64,000 nt of DNA from Pocillopora damicornis (lineage: Eukaryota): the NCBI RefSeq assembly GCF_003704095.1, contig NW_020844573.1, positions 806,001 through 870,000 on the forward strand. Direction: 5' to 3'. Within the stretch, counting starts at the first letter, position 1. Every line of letters starts with the position of its first letter. Positions 38,701 through 50,899 of this stretch are shown piece after piece. The translations under genes and the position numbers were made by a program. Under the pieces are notes generated by a model. The model ran no database searches and had not been told where the DNA came from. It saw only the letters and a list, made by a program, of their open reading frames with translations.

Positions 38701-41700
38701 AAGGAGTTCTGTGATGCATTCATAGCACTTTGAGGGATATTTAGTCTTAGAACTTTTAGTAAATCAGCGATGAGAATTACTTGGCAAAATCAGTGTATTT
38801 TTTATTACCGCAAGTTGCAGGCGACCTTGAACACCTTTAATGTGGAAGCTTTGAACCGTTTTATGCCATTTACTGGTGAGGAATGTTCACTGGAAACCTT
38901 CCTCCCCAGGCCTTTTTATGCGCACATGAATAGTTTGAGGAGATTATCAGTTTATATTCTCTTGAAAAATTTCCAAGTGTTCTTGTCAAGGGAACGTATT
39001 ATTTGTCTAATTTTGTTTTCAAAATGTTTTTCCTAAATTTATTTATGAATTTTTATCTGTGCGCCTGAAGAAAAAAACATACATTTCTATTAAATAAAAT
39101 ACTCGTGACTTTAAAGGATTACTCAAAACTACTTAGGTTACTCGAAGAAAAAAAAAATATAAGATCATTGACATTATTAATTGATGGAATTTTTTTAAGT
39201 ACAATGACCGACAAAATTACGAGCAGTGTGTGGTAAATTTTCAAATGCCGGAAAATGAATGGCACGCGAGCTTTCAGCTTATCTCGTTGCTGAGTAGATA
39301 CGAATTTTAGGGCATAGTCATCTATTACTGAAGAAAGAATCTTTTTCCAAGCTTTCCAAGCGGACTAATTTTATTCCTAGGGGGGAAAATCTTTCTATAA
39401 CCAGTCAAAATCGTTTGCGGATTGAGACTGGGACAAACAGATTACTTTTTTTTTCAATAAATAGAACTCGAGATCAAAAATTAATGAAGCACGAGAAAGA
39501 TTTAGTGTAAGCGCTTTATTAAACAATTGTTTGGTTCACGATAATAAAGCATTATTGCCCAGGCGACTAAGAGAATGCAGCCAGAAAGTCGTTTGTAATC
39601 TACTTCAAAAGCATGAGAATATACAAAGTTAATAATTTCTTGCTCGCAACTAAATATACATTCAGATTGTACTCCACTACAATCAAAAGCCACAGCGCTT
39701 TTTACAACCTGAATTGTTTGGTTATTTTTGAAAAAATAAAATGGATAAAGTCATCCCCTAAGTATATTATATAAATTAACAAACGTCAATAAAAAAAACT
39801 CTCGGAACTCTTACAGATTTAATGAAGGCTGAAATTTTCATATGGCCACTCTACCTGGCTGTCTCCAATCGAGAAAGACGTGTTGCTTCAAGGCTTAAAA
39901 TAGTTGTAGCCGACATGGCTTTGATTTGTTTATCGATCGCTGTCGTTCAGTTTTTTTTTTTTCGACACCCATTTGACACTTTATTCATTACAGCAATGCC
40001 TGCTAGGTAATTAGCAGAATTTAACTACTCTTCCATATCGCTGAGCTCAAAAGAAGCAGCAAGTCTTTCTATCGGGCATTCACCTTAGATTTCTTGTCAA
40101 AAGAGGTACGTGAGTTGTCACATACACAATTTGAGATGTCAGTGTTTCGGCTGCAATGAACTGAAAAGTGCAGACTGCCTCAGCAAGCAAAGTTTTCCTG
40201 ATTGTCATATAATCCTACCGAACAAAATGTCTTTCAAAATTTCGTGTTCATTTGTGGTTGGAGACCCTTTTTTCGGGTCAACAGTGATTGAGAAAATACC
40301 ATATACTTTTATTTAAAAGCTGTACTCAGTTCACTGATAACGAGTGAAAACACAAGAAAATTGACGACAAAGAGTCTCATTTACGGAAGGAATTTTGAGA
40401 ACATATCTTTAACTGATAGCACAGCGACTGTTTTGATTTCGTCCAAAATTGTTTCTCCGATCAGATGATTCCGATAAGGTTCGTAATGACGGAAATTGCC
40501 TAATTTTGTAGACGCATCTGGGAAGATAACTGCTTTCCCAGTTAGCGGCACGTCTCCGATCATTTTACTACATAAACAGTAATTTCCTCGGTTAAATAAC
40601 ATTGTTTACTAATTTGGCTTGGTATAACCTCACAGATTCTTGATGCTTTGCGGTCAAACTGATTCAATGAGTTATTTTTCATTTTCCGAGAGGAAATCTT
40701 TGCGAAGACTAAATTCTCCCAAATGGAAGTGTGGAAGATGTATAGCAATAGCCAGAAGATTTTTGATGTTGAGCTTACCTTGAGTTGTGACGGAGGTTTG
40801 ATGATGTAGCGGGTTTCCTTTCAAAGCGTAGCCTAATGGAGCACCAAGTCAAAACAAGATAACAAGCTGAGTAAAATACTCCAAGTCCTCTATCAAACTC
40901 TAACTCTTGCTTGATAATTTGTTAGGATTTCGTGATAAAGTAAGCGCTTTCAAAAAAAAAAGAAAAAAATTGGATATATGTTATTATGATAACAAACTGG
41001 GATGCACTTAGAAAACAAGTCCTCTAAATTTGCTCCTGTGTTTGAGGAAATGTATCGGGATAGTTCTTTTTAAAAGCCACCTGATATTTGCTAAATATCA
41101 AATATTGTTGAACGTGACTGATTGAAATCAGTACAGTTTTCGAGCTTGTTCATGAAGGCCTTTTTTTTACCAATCATTTAATAAACCCAGATAGACGACA
41201 CAATTCAGTGTTGAGTTTTGATTCTTTTATCTCAGGAAAACCGGCTGGAGATATTCAGCTCTTCCTTACAGCCTGACTCGTGGTTGTACAAATAAACTAC
41301 GCAGCACGCTTATGTAAACTTCATAGGCACGCTATCAAATAAACGTGGAAACCTTTCAGAGATAGAATTTGATAAATGTCAAAATAACCTCGCGTATACT
41401 GAGTAATTTCAGTAAGCCAAAATCCTACATACTGCCACGGATTGACGTTTGGTTTATAAGTATTTAACAAGAGACCGCGGTGTACAGGCGGAAGATTATC
41501 TCAGTTCTATATAGCTGCTAATCCATGTCAGTCTCATCCTGCTCTCCTCTAAGGAATTGGTTTTGTTTTTGGATTATCATACGACGACAGATTTTTCTAG
41601 TTCTTACAATATTTTTGATACAATTTTTGATACAGAAAAGAGAAGTTATGACTGCACCAACTGAATCAACTGTTTGCGAGACACTAAAAGAAAGGAAACA

Positions 41701-42649
41701 TCAAAGATTTAGGTTTAGTTAGAATTGAAGATTTGTAAGCGATAGAGGGTTAGATTTGTCTCAAATACAATAGAAAAAAAATTACGCCATAAACAGACAG
41801 AAGTTTTTTTGCTATATATTTTTATTCTCTTGTTTATCATTTTACAGTACAGTGTAACGTAAACAACGAGTGTGTTTTGAAAATGTCTCCAGCGTGTGGT
41901 TGAATTTTGGTTTTGTTATGTCGCAATTTGCTCATGTAACGACATGTAGACATCTTGCTACAAATACGTTTTCGCCCTGGATCTCTTATGGTCTTAAGAC
42001 CTTCTTAGTTGTTCGTTGGTTTGTTTACTTTTTCTTTTGGCAACCCATTATAGATAACTCATGAACAACGATTTGATCATAAAATATTTTGTCAACTTGA
42101 CTTGAGAGAGAACGGTGTTGTCGAAACTATTATCAAGTGAACAACTTCCCATTTCACTGAGACTCTCGAAAACACTAGTACCTTGATGACAACTACTTGC
42201 CCGCAAACAAAACCGAAATCTCCTTTGATTGCCGCAACTCCTACACATTAAATATAAACCAGGGACAACGGATATGAGACATTTTTTTTCCCTGATTTCT
42301 GTTTTGAAATAAAATGTTGTCTCGGCAGTCTGTACAGAGGCGAAAACATCAATACATTTCATTTGATTGACTTGAATTACAAACAACCGCGACGCGGCTT
42401 AAAAAGCTGGTTTAATTTTGATTTTGCAATTCTAGATGATAACACTTTTTCTGACCGAGATCAATTTAAATGGCCAGTGTTTGTTCGATTTTTCTTGACA
42501 TCAGTTTCTGAAAGGTTATTCATTCAAACTCAAATTTTGGGTTTCTCGTAGAAACGTAATATTGAAACATTTCTACTTGTACTTCTGCTGTTCATTGTCT
42601 CTTAGAAGGAACTCTACAGTTCTACTTTTCAAGCTAATATATATGACAA

Positions 42650-43456
42650 TCATCGATCACCAAGGAGTCTTTCGATGCTAAACTTCAAACCACAAGTTGA
42701 AGAGTCATCACATTTTGCATCCATAGCCATATTTTGTTCGTCAGGAAAGGTCGAGTGTCTTTGGTTTTGTAGTGGCGAAAAACAACGCTGTTTTTCGAAC
42801 GAACTTTCATGACAAAGTTCATTGTCAGAAGTCTCCAATTTCTTGTCTTCTCTGTCGCGATCGTAACTCGAACTTGCACTGTTGACGGTTTTCTCGCTTT
42901 GCTCTTCTGTCTCTTCGACGTGCTCTTCTCTAGGAGAACTCGGGGAAGTGTCTTCTTCTCGTTGTCTCGCACTGACTATTTGTTTCGGCCTTCGTTTTCG
43001 CCTCCAAAATCGCCCCTCTTCAAACATCTCCTCAAAGGACGAATCCAGAGTCCAGTAGCAGCCTTTTCCAGGATCCGATTTGTCGCGGGGAACTTTCACA
43101 AAGCACTTGTTCAACGAGAGATTGTGCCGAATACTATTTTGCCAACCTCTTCTGCTCTGCTGGTAGTACGGAAAGTTCATCATAATAAACTGGTAAATCC
43201 CGCTTAGTGTAACTTTTTTCTCCGGCGAGTTCTTGATGGCCATGGATATGAGAGCAACGTAAGAGTATGGTGGTTTGGGGAGCATTTCCGCGCAACCATA
43301 AATCCCGAATCCTGAACCATAGCTCGAGTAGCTGCAACCTGAATTGTAATAGCAACAAGAACACAGGCCTTCGATCCCTTGTTGTCGAAATCTCTGCGTT
43401 GGTAGAGAGAGTTGTGTGTACGGTGAAAATCTCATTGCGGCGAATGTGTTGTACAT
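42650..43456 (-). CDS. Intronless forkhead transcription factor (paralogue, here Fox-B) with a C-terminal eh1 motif
   Basis: The first in-frame ATG is at 43456 (the ORF track start at 43558 is a TTG). Forkhead domain: [75 protein letters not shown]. Terminal eh1: KFSIERLLG. Confidence 0.95.
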   Translation of the reverse strand: MYNTFAAMRFSPYTQLSLPTQRFRQQGIEGLCSCCYYNSGCSYSSYGSGFGIYGCAEMLPKPPYSYVALISMAIKNSPEKKVTLSGIYQFIMMNFPYYQQSRRGWQNSIRHNLSLNKCFVKVPRDKSDPGKGCYWTLDSSFEEMFEEGRFWRRKRRPKQIVSARQREEDTSPSSPREEHVEETEEQSEKTVNSASSSYDRDREDKKLETSDNELCHESSFEKQRCFSPLQNQRHSTFPDEQNMAMDAKCDDSSTCGLKFSIERLLGDR

Positions 43457-43489
43457 GTTGGATTGTGTCCGATGAGCAGTGGGCTCACT

Positions 43490-43940
43490 GCTTATAAAGC
43501 CTTTGTTTGTAGTCGACGTAACGCCAATGCTCACCGTGGCATTCTCAGCCAACTTCAAAGCGGATATGGGTTTGGAGACGCCCTAGACCACCCAGGCTTG
43601 GATTGATTGTCCTGAGACTGGTGTCTCACTGTTTGTTTACAGTACAAGTTTAAGTGTTTTTGAGACCACACAGCTAAGTATTACTATTGTTTTAAACATG
43701 GACGGCAGTTTGAGCTCGGATTAGTGAATTTCTGATTATTTTGTTCGAATTCCAACAACTCATAGTGCTTAGAGTTTTATTTGAAAATTACGATTTCAGA
43801 TAATGCAAATTATTGACATGCGATAACTTACGATGTTCAGAATAGAAAGGAAGAAACGTATGCGCGTTTGGAAGCGATCATCTGTTCGAAAATCCATTGC
43901 TCCATTATCTCTCGCCAGCAGATGGATAAATATTTACACG
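43490..43940 (-). promoter_or_regulatory. Fox-B promoter with a TATA-like box and forkhead sites
   Basis: On the minus strand: TTTATAAG near 43491-43498, GTAAACAAACAGTG at 43640-43627, and GTAAATATTTAT at 43937-43926. Confidence 0.6.
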
Positions 43941-45806
43941 GGAAGTTTGTTTTAAGTCATTTGTAAGCATTTAAAGTCCGTGTTTAGTTTGGCGCCGTCA
44001 AAAATGTAAACTGTAGTAAATCTTCTTAGGGCAATCACTAGATCCATGTCTAACCGTGTGAAGATTTTGACCTATTTATTACGCAACAAAATACCACAAT
44101 CTTTTTTTCCTGCCATGGTTCTTTTCGTTCTCGTCAGATTCTTTTGGTAGAAATGAGAAGTTAGGAAATGAAATCGACAATTAAATTAGCCCAATTTGCC
44201 ATATTGTGATCTGTCTGATAGTATCAGTGGCCTTGTGGCGCCGCGGAGTATGCTAAAACACAGAGACATTTTTCGATGGTCACAAAGGCCTATGTTAGAT
44301 GAGATTAGAATATTGCTTTGTGTATTAGTTTAAGATCTTATTGAAGCTCTGATTATGATCCTGATAAGTCGGAAGTTAATATGGCTTTTCCGAGGCGAGC
44401 CGAGTGTAGAATGCCAATGTTCTGGTTCTCGTCTTTCAAAAAAATCTTTCCTGTTATTTGGAGGTCAGGTCCACACAAAAAAAAAACATTACGTTTGTTT
44501 TTTCAACTGGATTGTATTGAAAACCGAGGAAAAGTGGACCGTGGGAACGAGGATGAGTTTAAAAAAAATTGCCTATGCTGAAAAGTAAAAAACTAGCCGG
44601 TGCGATTCTTCAGTCAACACGTTTTCAAATCTTGCCTCGGATCTGGAGTAACACCGAATTGAAAAGCGTATAATTATTCATTTTCTGTCTAGTTGAACAG
44701 CTTTTTCGTGCTGATAATCAAGAAATTTGTTTTCATAAACTCGATTTTCTTTTTTGAGGTCACGCAAAAACACGACCTTTTCGAAGTCAAGTGTTTTAAT
44801 TCAACAATAAATAAACTGTCGGCAACTTTGGTTTGACTTCGGTGAGGACAGCTTTTATTGAGCTTAACAGATCGGAGAACTTCAAACGACCTTTTTGTGC
44901 CATAAATAGGATTGATTGGATCTAGTGAAGAATAATTAATTGTAAGAGAGTGAGTAATGATCGTTGAGTTTGTTTTGATTTCTTAATGTCCTCAAAACGT
45001 GTTTGAACGTGTGAAAGATGATATACCGCTTGACGCCTTTTTTACAGGCGAGTTACTTGACACTTAAAATGAACTGGTAGAAATTGTTCTTTCTAAGTTT
45101 TCGCAGTTGTTTTACTCCGTTATTTTGTTCAACTAAATTTCGTGACTTTTTGTGTTACTTTTCATTAATATTCTGTGGTACATTTTTCAAACGACGGATA
45201 CACTTCGCTAAATGTTAAAATTGTTCATAAAATAAGGTCACTTGAAGTATCCTCAGAAAGGCCTATCTCATGTGCGCACCAAAAACAGCCCTCTTTGGCC
45301 CCTTCAGGCCCTTACTCAGTGATTGCGTGTGAAAAAACGGGCGAGCGACAAACAGCCATCATGGTTATCAGGGGAACGACTACGGTTTACTTTTGTTCTT
45401 TGCCTGATTCCCGCCATTTTACATGAACCCGTTTTGGGTTCGTCTGTATATGCTCCCTTTGAGACTGTAGAAAAAGAGAGTAAGACTGGGGAAAGACTTG
45501 CGAAGCAAGTGCGACAGTCTGCGCGATTCGGCTGGAATTCACTCTTCTTTCTCTACGTGCCTCACATGTGGGCTTCACGGGCTTTTGGAAAAAAAGAACT
45601 CGTTCCCAGTAGCAGTCCAGTCATGCCTTTTTATGGGCAGAGGGAAATGATACCTTTACCTCGAAATGACTGAAAAAAAAATTTGGTTGTGTCATTCTAA
45701 AGCTGAAACAGAGTGATACTAAAGCTAAAGGATGTAAGTATTGTTTTTTAAGCACGTCGATTGGCTGGTTCGGAAGTTGCGCAGGAGTAGAAAGAGAGGC
45801 TCTACT

Positions 45807-46188
45807 ACTGTGAATATATGAAAGACATATATTTGAACTGCGGATAAAGACGTGAATATGAAAGCAATCTTCGCAGTAATCAACACCACTTGAGCAGTTG
45901 TGAAAATAAGCCACTGATTTAGTTCACGAATTCTCTGTGGAAACAGCCCAACGATTACCTTGCATGTGAGATGTTTTTATTTTTCTTGTGCCTAGTGTTC
46001 TGCTTGGAGGTAACCAATCCGAAACCATGGCAGACTGCTGTTAACAAAAACGTTAAATAACCCAATTTGTTTCGGTAAACATGATTATTCTTCGTTTAAA
46101 TCCCGTGCAGGCCTAAATTTTTTTTGAGGCCTTATGTTCACTACTGCTCAAGTAATGTTCATTACTGCGAAGATCGCTTTCATATTCA
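45807..46188. mobile_element. SINE-derived inverted-repeat composite (tRNA-type B-box remnant)
   Basis: Arms 45853-45912 and 46128-46188 are ~60 bp near-perfect reverse complements. GTTTAAATCCC at 46094 is a degenerate B box. A direct repeat AGAG(G/A)CTCTACT flanks the unit. Confidence 0.65.
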
Positions 46189-46895
46189 AGAGACTCTACT
46201 GTGCAACACTGAGAATGATCCAAACCCGATTGGAAGAAGAGAATGGTAAGGTGAAATGGTTATAAAAACTTTTTGGTATCGAGAAGTTCTTTTGTGAGAA
46301 CAATTCAGCATTGCTCAATTGAAGGTTGCCACTCACTCTTCTGTCAGGTCTTTGAAATTTCGGAATTTTCTAAGACCTGACACTTAGGGCGTCCATTGCA
46401 GTTAGCCTGCATTTTTAGTTTTTGGCTCACATTCTCGTCCCCACTTGGTCTGTCTTTGTCCTGATACTGAACGAACAAAACTGTCAGTGGACTAGATGCC
46501 TTTTAAAAGGTTTCATTTTGATTCGTTTTTCTAATAGTTTATCTTGCAATTCTTCAGGTCGTAGAGGCTAATCCCAGCAGTGATTAGTTGTAACCAACTG
46601 AGCGCCTATCACAGGCCACTTAGACAGAGGAACAAGTCGGTAGGTTGGAGAGGAATGGCCGGCTAAAGGCGTAAGGAGATGCAGAATGAGGGAAAAAGGA
46701 TGGAAGCATGGGGAAAAAACTAGATGGAAAATAAATGATGAGAGAAATGTTAAACGGGAACATGAGCAAGTATATTCAATGGTTTGCTACTCTGTCTACT
46801 GTTTGGTCAACAGTGCCTTGACTCTACCCTTAATTGGTTCCATTCAGCGGGCGAAATTAGAGGAATTCAGCGAAAGAACGCTGAAATCTAGCATT

Positions 46896-47534
46896 AATAA
46901 TGACAATCTTTAATGAGGAAACTTTTTCACTAAAAAGTGGTTTACAAAAAGGACCTCGAAAATTAAAAATTAAAAATTTACAATGAATAAAAATGCTAAA
47001 AGATGCTACTAAAAACTAATGTATCTTATGTGTAATACAAAACTTAAATCAATGAATTAAAAATCTGACGCTTCAAAATATTTACATTATCAGAGGCTCG
47101 TATAGTTTTGTCCAGCGAGTTAAAATCACTTACAGCATGATAGCCAGTTCTTTGTTTGCCCCAGTTTCTTTTAACGGATGGAATTTTGAGGTTTGCTTTA
47201 TTTCTTGTGTTGTAACTATGCTGTTCTTGCTGAGTGACTAATGTTAGTTCGTGATGCGTGAGACCATTAAGACATTTATATACATGTACGCATCGGCGCT
47301 GGAAGCGCCTTTTTTCTAGTGTTAACCACTTCAGTGTAGTTAACGCATCAGACGCAGAGGAATACAGTGGTCGATCTAATATTATTTTAGCCGCCTTATT
47401 TTGAAGCACTTGCAAACTAGACATTAAAGTTACATTATGTTTGTCTCCCCAAACTAAATCAGCATACTCGAATAAGGGCATAACAAGGCTTTTATAAAAA
47501 AGGATGCGCACCTTAAACGGTAACAAATGCTTAG
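46896..47534 (-). mobile_element. 5'-truncated LINE (L2/CR1/Crack-like) with the ORF2 C-terminus and 3' UTR
   Basis: ORF 47526-47044 (LFYKSLVMPLFEYADLVWG...LQVLQNKAAKIIL...LKWLTLEKRR...HSYNTR) is the typical post-RT C-terminus of these LINEs. The 3' UTR has a hairpin ACTTTTT-cact-AAAAAGT and an ATTAAAG..ATTATT tail. AGCATT at 46890-46895 and 47535-47540 is a candidate target-site duplication. Confidence 0.85.
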
Positions 47535-47755
47535 AGCATTCCCTCTCCGTTCAGGCTCTTTCAGCATGGAGCTCTCGTTACACCCTGGTTATAATTCATT
47601 GCTACCAATTGTGTGAATTATTTTGCACAGAGCTTAAAAAGACAGCGAGAGAACCGAACCATCCATAAGCAGTTCGCCCTGGAGCCTGGGGACAGATTTC
47701 TATAGAGGCTATATTTCGTTTAAGGTTACATGAATAATGTTAGGGAAGTGAAATC

Positions 47756-48650
47756 ATGGCGGCTCTGGCGAGGTGTTCGTTTGGAAGGTTGCAGACAAAA
47801 TGTTCCTTGATCTCGAGTTTAAGGTGTTCAAATTTACCAAAACGCTCTCAGGTGGTTAAGCCAATCCTATCCCTTGGAAGGTGTGTTCCATTTTTTTTAT
47901 AAGATTGTTAATATTAACGAAATGGGATGACTATGCTGTATTATGTAATATTATTGGGGTGTTTGGGACGAAATGCGCATTTTTATCTCGTTTCTTCTTT
48001 GAATTCCGTTTCTGTTGTCTCTCGAAATGTTTGGCCTTGTAGAACCTTCGTATTGAATCTACGTGGAAGCTATTTTGAAGTATAGGCAATCACTATCCTT
48101 GCAATTCTCAACGTAAGAAGACATCTTATATTGTAATTACGCAGGATTACGCGAAGCATGAGCCGTAATTTTTTTAAATTTGGCCTGATAATAGAAATTT
48201 TGTTTGGTAAGATAATTTGTTATGTATAGCTAATGGCTACCCCGCCTCTGTAGTTATCTGGATATTTCCATCACGTCTCTGTCTTTAACTCTCTAGTTAC
48301 TTGAATTCCACTCTGTATGAGTTTACTTCATATCGGGTTGTTTGGTGTTTTTTTACAGCTTACAAGTGGCACACAGGGCATATTGTAGCCCTGCTAAGGA
48401 AACTTCAGACGAAGATTTAAAAAACCAGCCAATACGTTTTTCTACTTCAAGGGCACGGAGTATAACAGTTGGTCAAACACTAGGAGAAAGAAAAAAGAGC
48501 ACATCTATGGTGACAGTCTATGTGAGTCTTACAATCATGGTCATATTGACGTACATTATCTTCTTCCTGCCACCCTCTAAACAAGATGAAGAAGTATTGG
48601 ATGTTCTAAATGCCAGCATGGTGGCAAATGAGCAGGACAAAGAACAATGA
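47756..48650 (+). CDS. UQCC4: Small single-pass mitochondrial protein of the CCSMST1 family (complex III assembly factor 4-like), 138 aa
   Basis: Exons 47756-47880 and 48359-48650 join in frame. The N-terminus is Arg/Ser/Leu-rich and lacks acidic residues, like a presequence. The motif PIRFSTSRARSITVGQTLG followed by a TM helix resembles CCSMST1/C16orf91. AATAAA is at 48909. Confidence 0.75.
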
Positions 48651-49445
48651 TGTGTAAGACTAATATGAGGAACAATTTCAGAGCAAAATGCCTGCAATCC
48701 CTGGCAAATATGTTTCAAAGAAAGGTTCCCTTGGCATTGGAAATATAAATTTGTGGCAGATAAGGTCACTCTCTGAGAATTCCATTCCAATGTTCTTTTT
48801 TCAGATGGTCTGGAAAAGAAGTCATTATTAACTTTAACCAGACTTGAAATGTTCCTCTGGATCATGCAAGAGCCTCCAGGGCATTTGAGAATTTACACAA
48901 TATGGAACAATAAACATATTGAAACGTTGTTGTTTGTAGAAAGAGGTTTTCTTGTCTCTCCCAGCTGATGTAATACATTTCATTGTTGGCTAGTGTTGAG
49001 AATTTGGTTTTACATTTATGCACCACTCCTAGTTGATGGTTTTCTAAATTTTCTTCACTTGTATTGCTCAGCCAAAGAAAAGGTTGCTATAAGAATCCAA
49101 ACACACCTGAGTGGAATGGATAGCTCAAGCTTAAATTTGGTAGTAATAAATAATGTGCTGTCAAATCTGGTTTAACTCACCAAGAAAATACAGTAATAGT
49201 ATTCAATTCCCAATTTAATTAAATACAAAACAGTATAGCTATTGTAGTTACATTTTCAACTCATATGACCTAAAGCTTTGCTGTCCCATTTATAAAAAAT
49301 TGTCTACAGTACATCAGGCTCTTTTTATAATTTTTCTTATAAATGAATTTTAAAATATTTATCTTGCATTGTTCTTTCAGTTAAAGGATTGTTTTCTAGA
49401 ACACCATTATGTATGTAGAATAGAAACATCCTTGAAGATATTACA

Positions 49446-49655
49446 TAACACTCTCACTCTCATGTAACATGTAACTTCTCCTTATAATATCCATACATAA
49501 GCCAGCAAACGGGTAATGAGAATTATCAAATGTATCAGGCAGAGTTTGTTATCTTGATCTAACACCAAATTCTCATAACTCATTAAAACTCAAAGAAGTG
49601 TGTAACAGCTGGAGGGGAGAATTGAAAATCAGATCTTGGGAGAGTTAAGGGATTA
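49446..49655. mobile_element. piggyBac-like MITE (degenerate)
   Basis: TTCTCCTTATAATATCCATACA...CCAAATTCTC...GATCTTGGGAGAGTTAAGGGATTA; same family as 21939-22150. Confidence 0.65.
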
Positions 49656-50077
49656 TGGTAAATTGAGGTGAAAATGTCAGCATAAATAAGGACATTTATG
49701 CTAAAATAAATTGTTAGGATAACTGTTTCCTTTTTCAAACAGAGAAAAAAAAAAACGAGAAGCAACAAATAAATTATTTGAAAGATTGATGAATGAAAAA
49801 AGTTATTTTACACAACAACATTTAAGGGCAAAGTGTAGTAAAAGTGTAGTTATAATTTGGAGCCAACCCTCTAGGTTTGGGTTATTTTAAATGGATTTAC
49901 AACAGAGCTGAAATTAATCTGCAAGGAATTGAGACTCAGCCACTTAACTGTCTGGTTAATATACCAAATGGTTAGGGTGGGATTTTTACTGAAGGGCAGG
50001 TGTGAAATGAAATCTGCAACAAGGTAAGAATTTACTGCCAATAACAACAAATGACCTTTTATGTTTAAAACTCAACT

Positions 50078-50330
50078 GGGTAGAACAGGGTAATTAAGTG
50101 TTGTTAACTGAGTTGATAACGTTTATTGGCCACCATAATGAGTTAAAAAGCTGAATTTTTTAGCGTTAGCCCTTTGCTCTGACAAAGGGCTAGCACTCGA
50201 AACGTCAGCTTTTAAACTCTTTTCAGGGCCAATTTACATTATCTACTCAGTGGATAGCAATACTAAATTACTCTGTTCTACACTCCCACAGACACTGCAC
50301 CACAGTTTCTTTATAAACTTGCCCCTTTAT
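50078..50330. mobile_element. Penelope-derived inverted repeat centred on a minimal hammerhead core
   Basis: Arms of ~100 bp (50078-50176 and 50183-50282) are imperfect reverse complements. The core is GCT-CTGACAA-agggctagcactc-GAAAC-GTC-AGC at 50176-50209. Confidence 0.7.
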
Positions 50331-50899
50331 TCAACTGAGTATAATCTTGTAGTGACCAGGTATATTGCAATTTTGAAGATTACGTTATATGTTCATTTAT
50401 CATTGTTTATTTTTATAGAGTTTTTTCACCTTTAGAGTATGTTCTGAATATTTTCTCTTAAACTAGAATCCTAAAAAGCAATGGAGAGTAACTGCAAGAA
50501 GGATCATCGCTTTCACACATTTTGAAGTTAGATTTATTTCTCCACATTTACCAAGAAAAGAAACTTAGATCTAACATGAGATATTTTATCAATGCTATTT
50601 TATGAAATGTAGCATGACAAAGATCGCAGAAGAGATTATATTGCACCTGCCTGTTAACAATTTCCTCTTTTTTAGCACTTAATATATTTTTTTAATTAGA
50701 TCAAATCTTCTGAAAGTGAAATTTCTTACATCTCGGAAAGATTAAACTAGTCTTTTTTAAATTTGAAAGGTTATTTTAAACCGGCATTTCACTGATCTAT
50801 TACCGCTCGTGATTTTGTGTGTGCGTTGATCACTTTCGAACTTAGAATAGACAGAAGCCACGTAAACAGCGAGATGAAGTTGTTTTCTCCTAACGCAAA

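Noticed and set aside
35210-40800. Minus-strand exon-like segments and GTAAG donors in the Fox desert
   Set aside because: Acceptors are weak and there is no consistent phase chain or homology. A lncRNA cannot be supported from sequence alone.
42685-43497. Overlapping and antisense ORFs on Fox-B (also 28762-29569 on Fox-A and 5331-5681 on CCP110)
   Set aside because: These are shadow frames of real coding sequence, with no independent motifs.
43457-43558. 34-aa N-terminal extension of Fox-B
   Set aside because: It starts at TTG and overlaps a TATA-like element. The first ATG is at 43456.
46091-46125. Possible tRNA gene
   Set aside because: Only a degenerate B box and SINE body are present. 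There is no A box or cloverleaf.
45996-46640. Exon-like pieces (45996-46009, 46191-46245, 46558-46639) and ORF 45323-45673
   Set aside because: They join into only a short peptide with no recognisable motif, and partly overlap a repeat. There is no start or promoter support.
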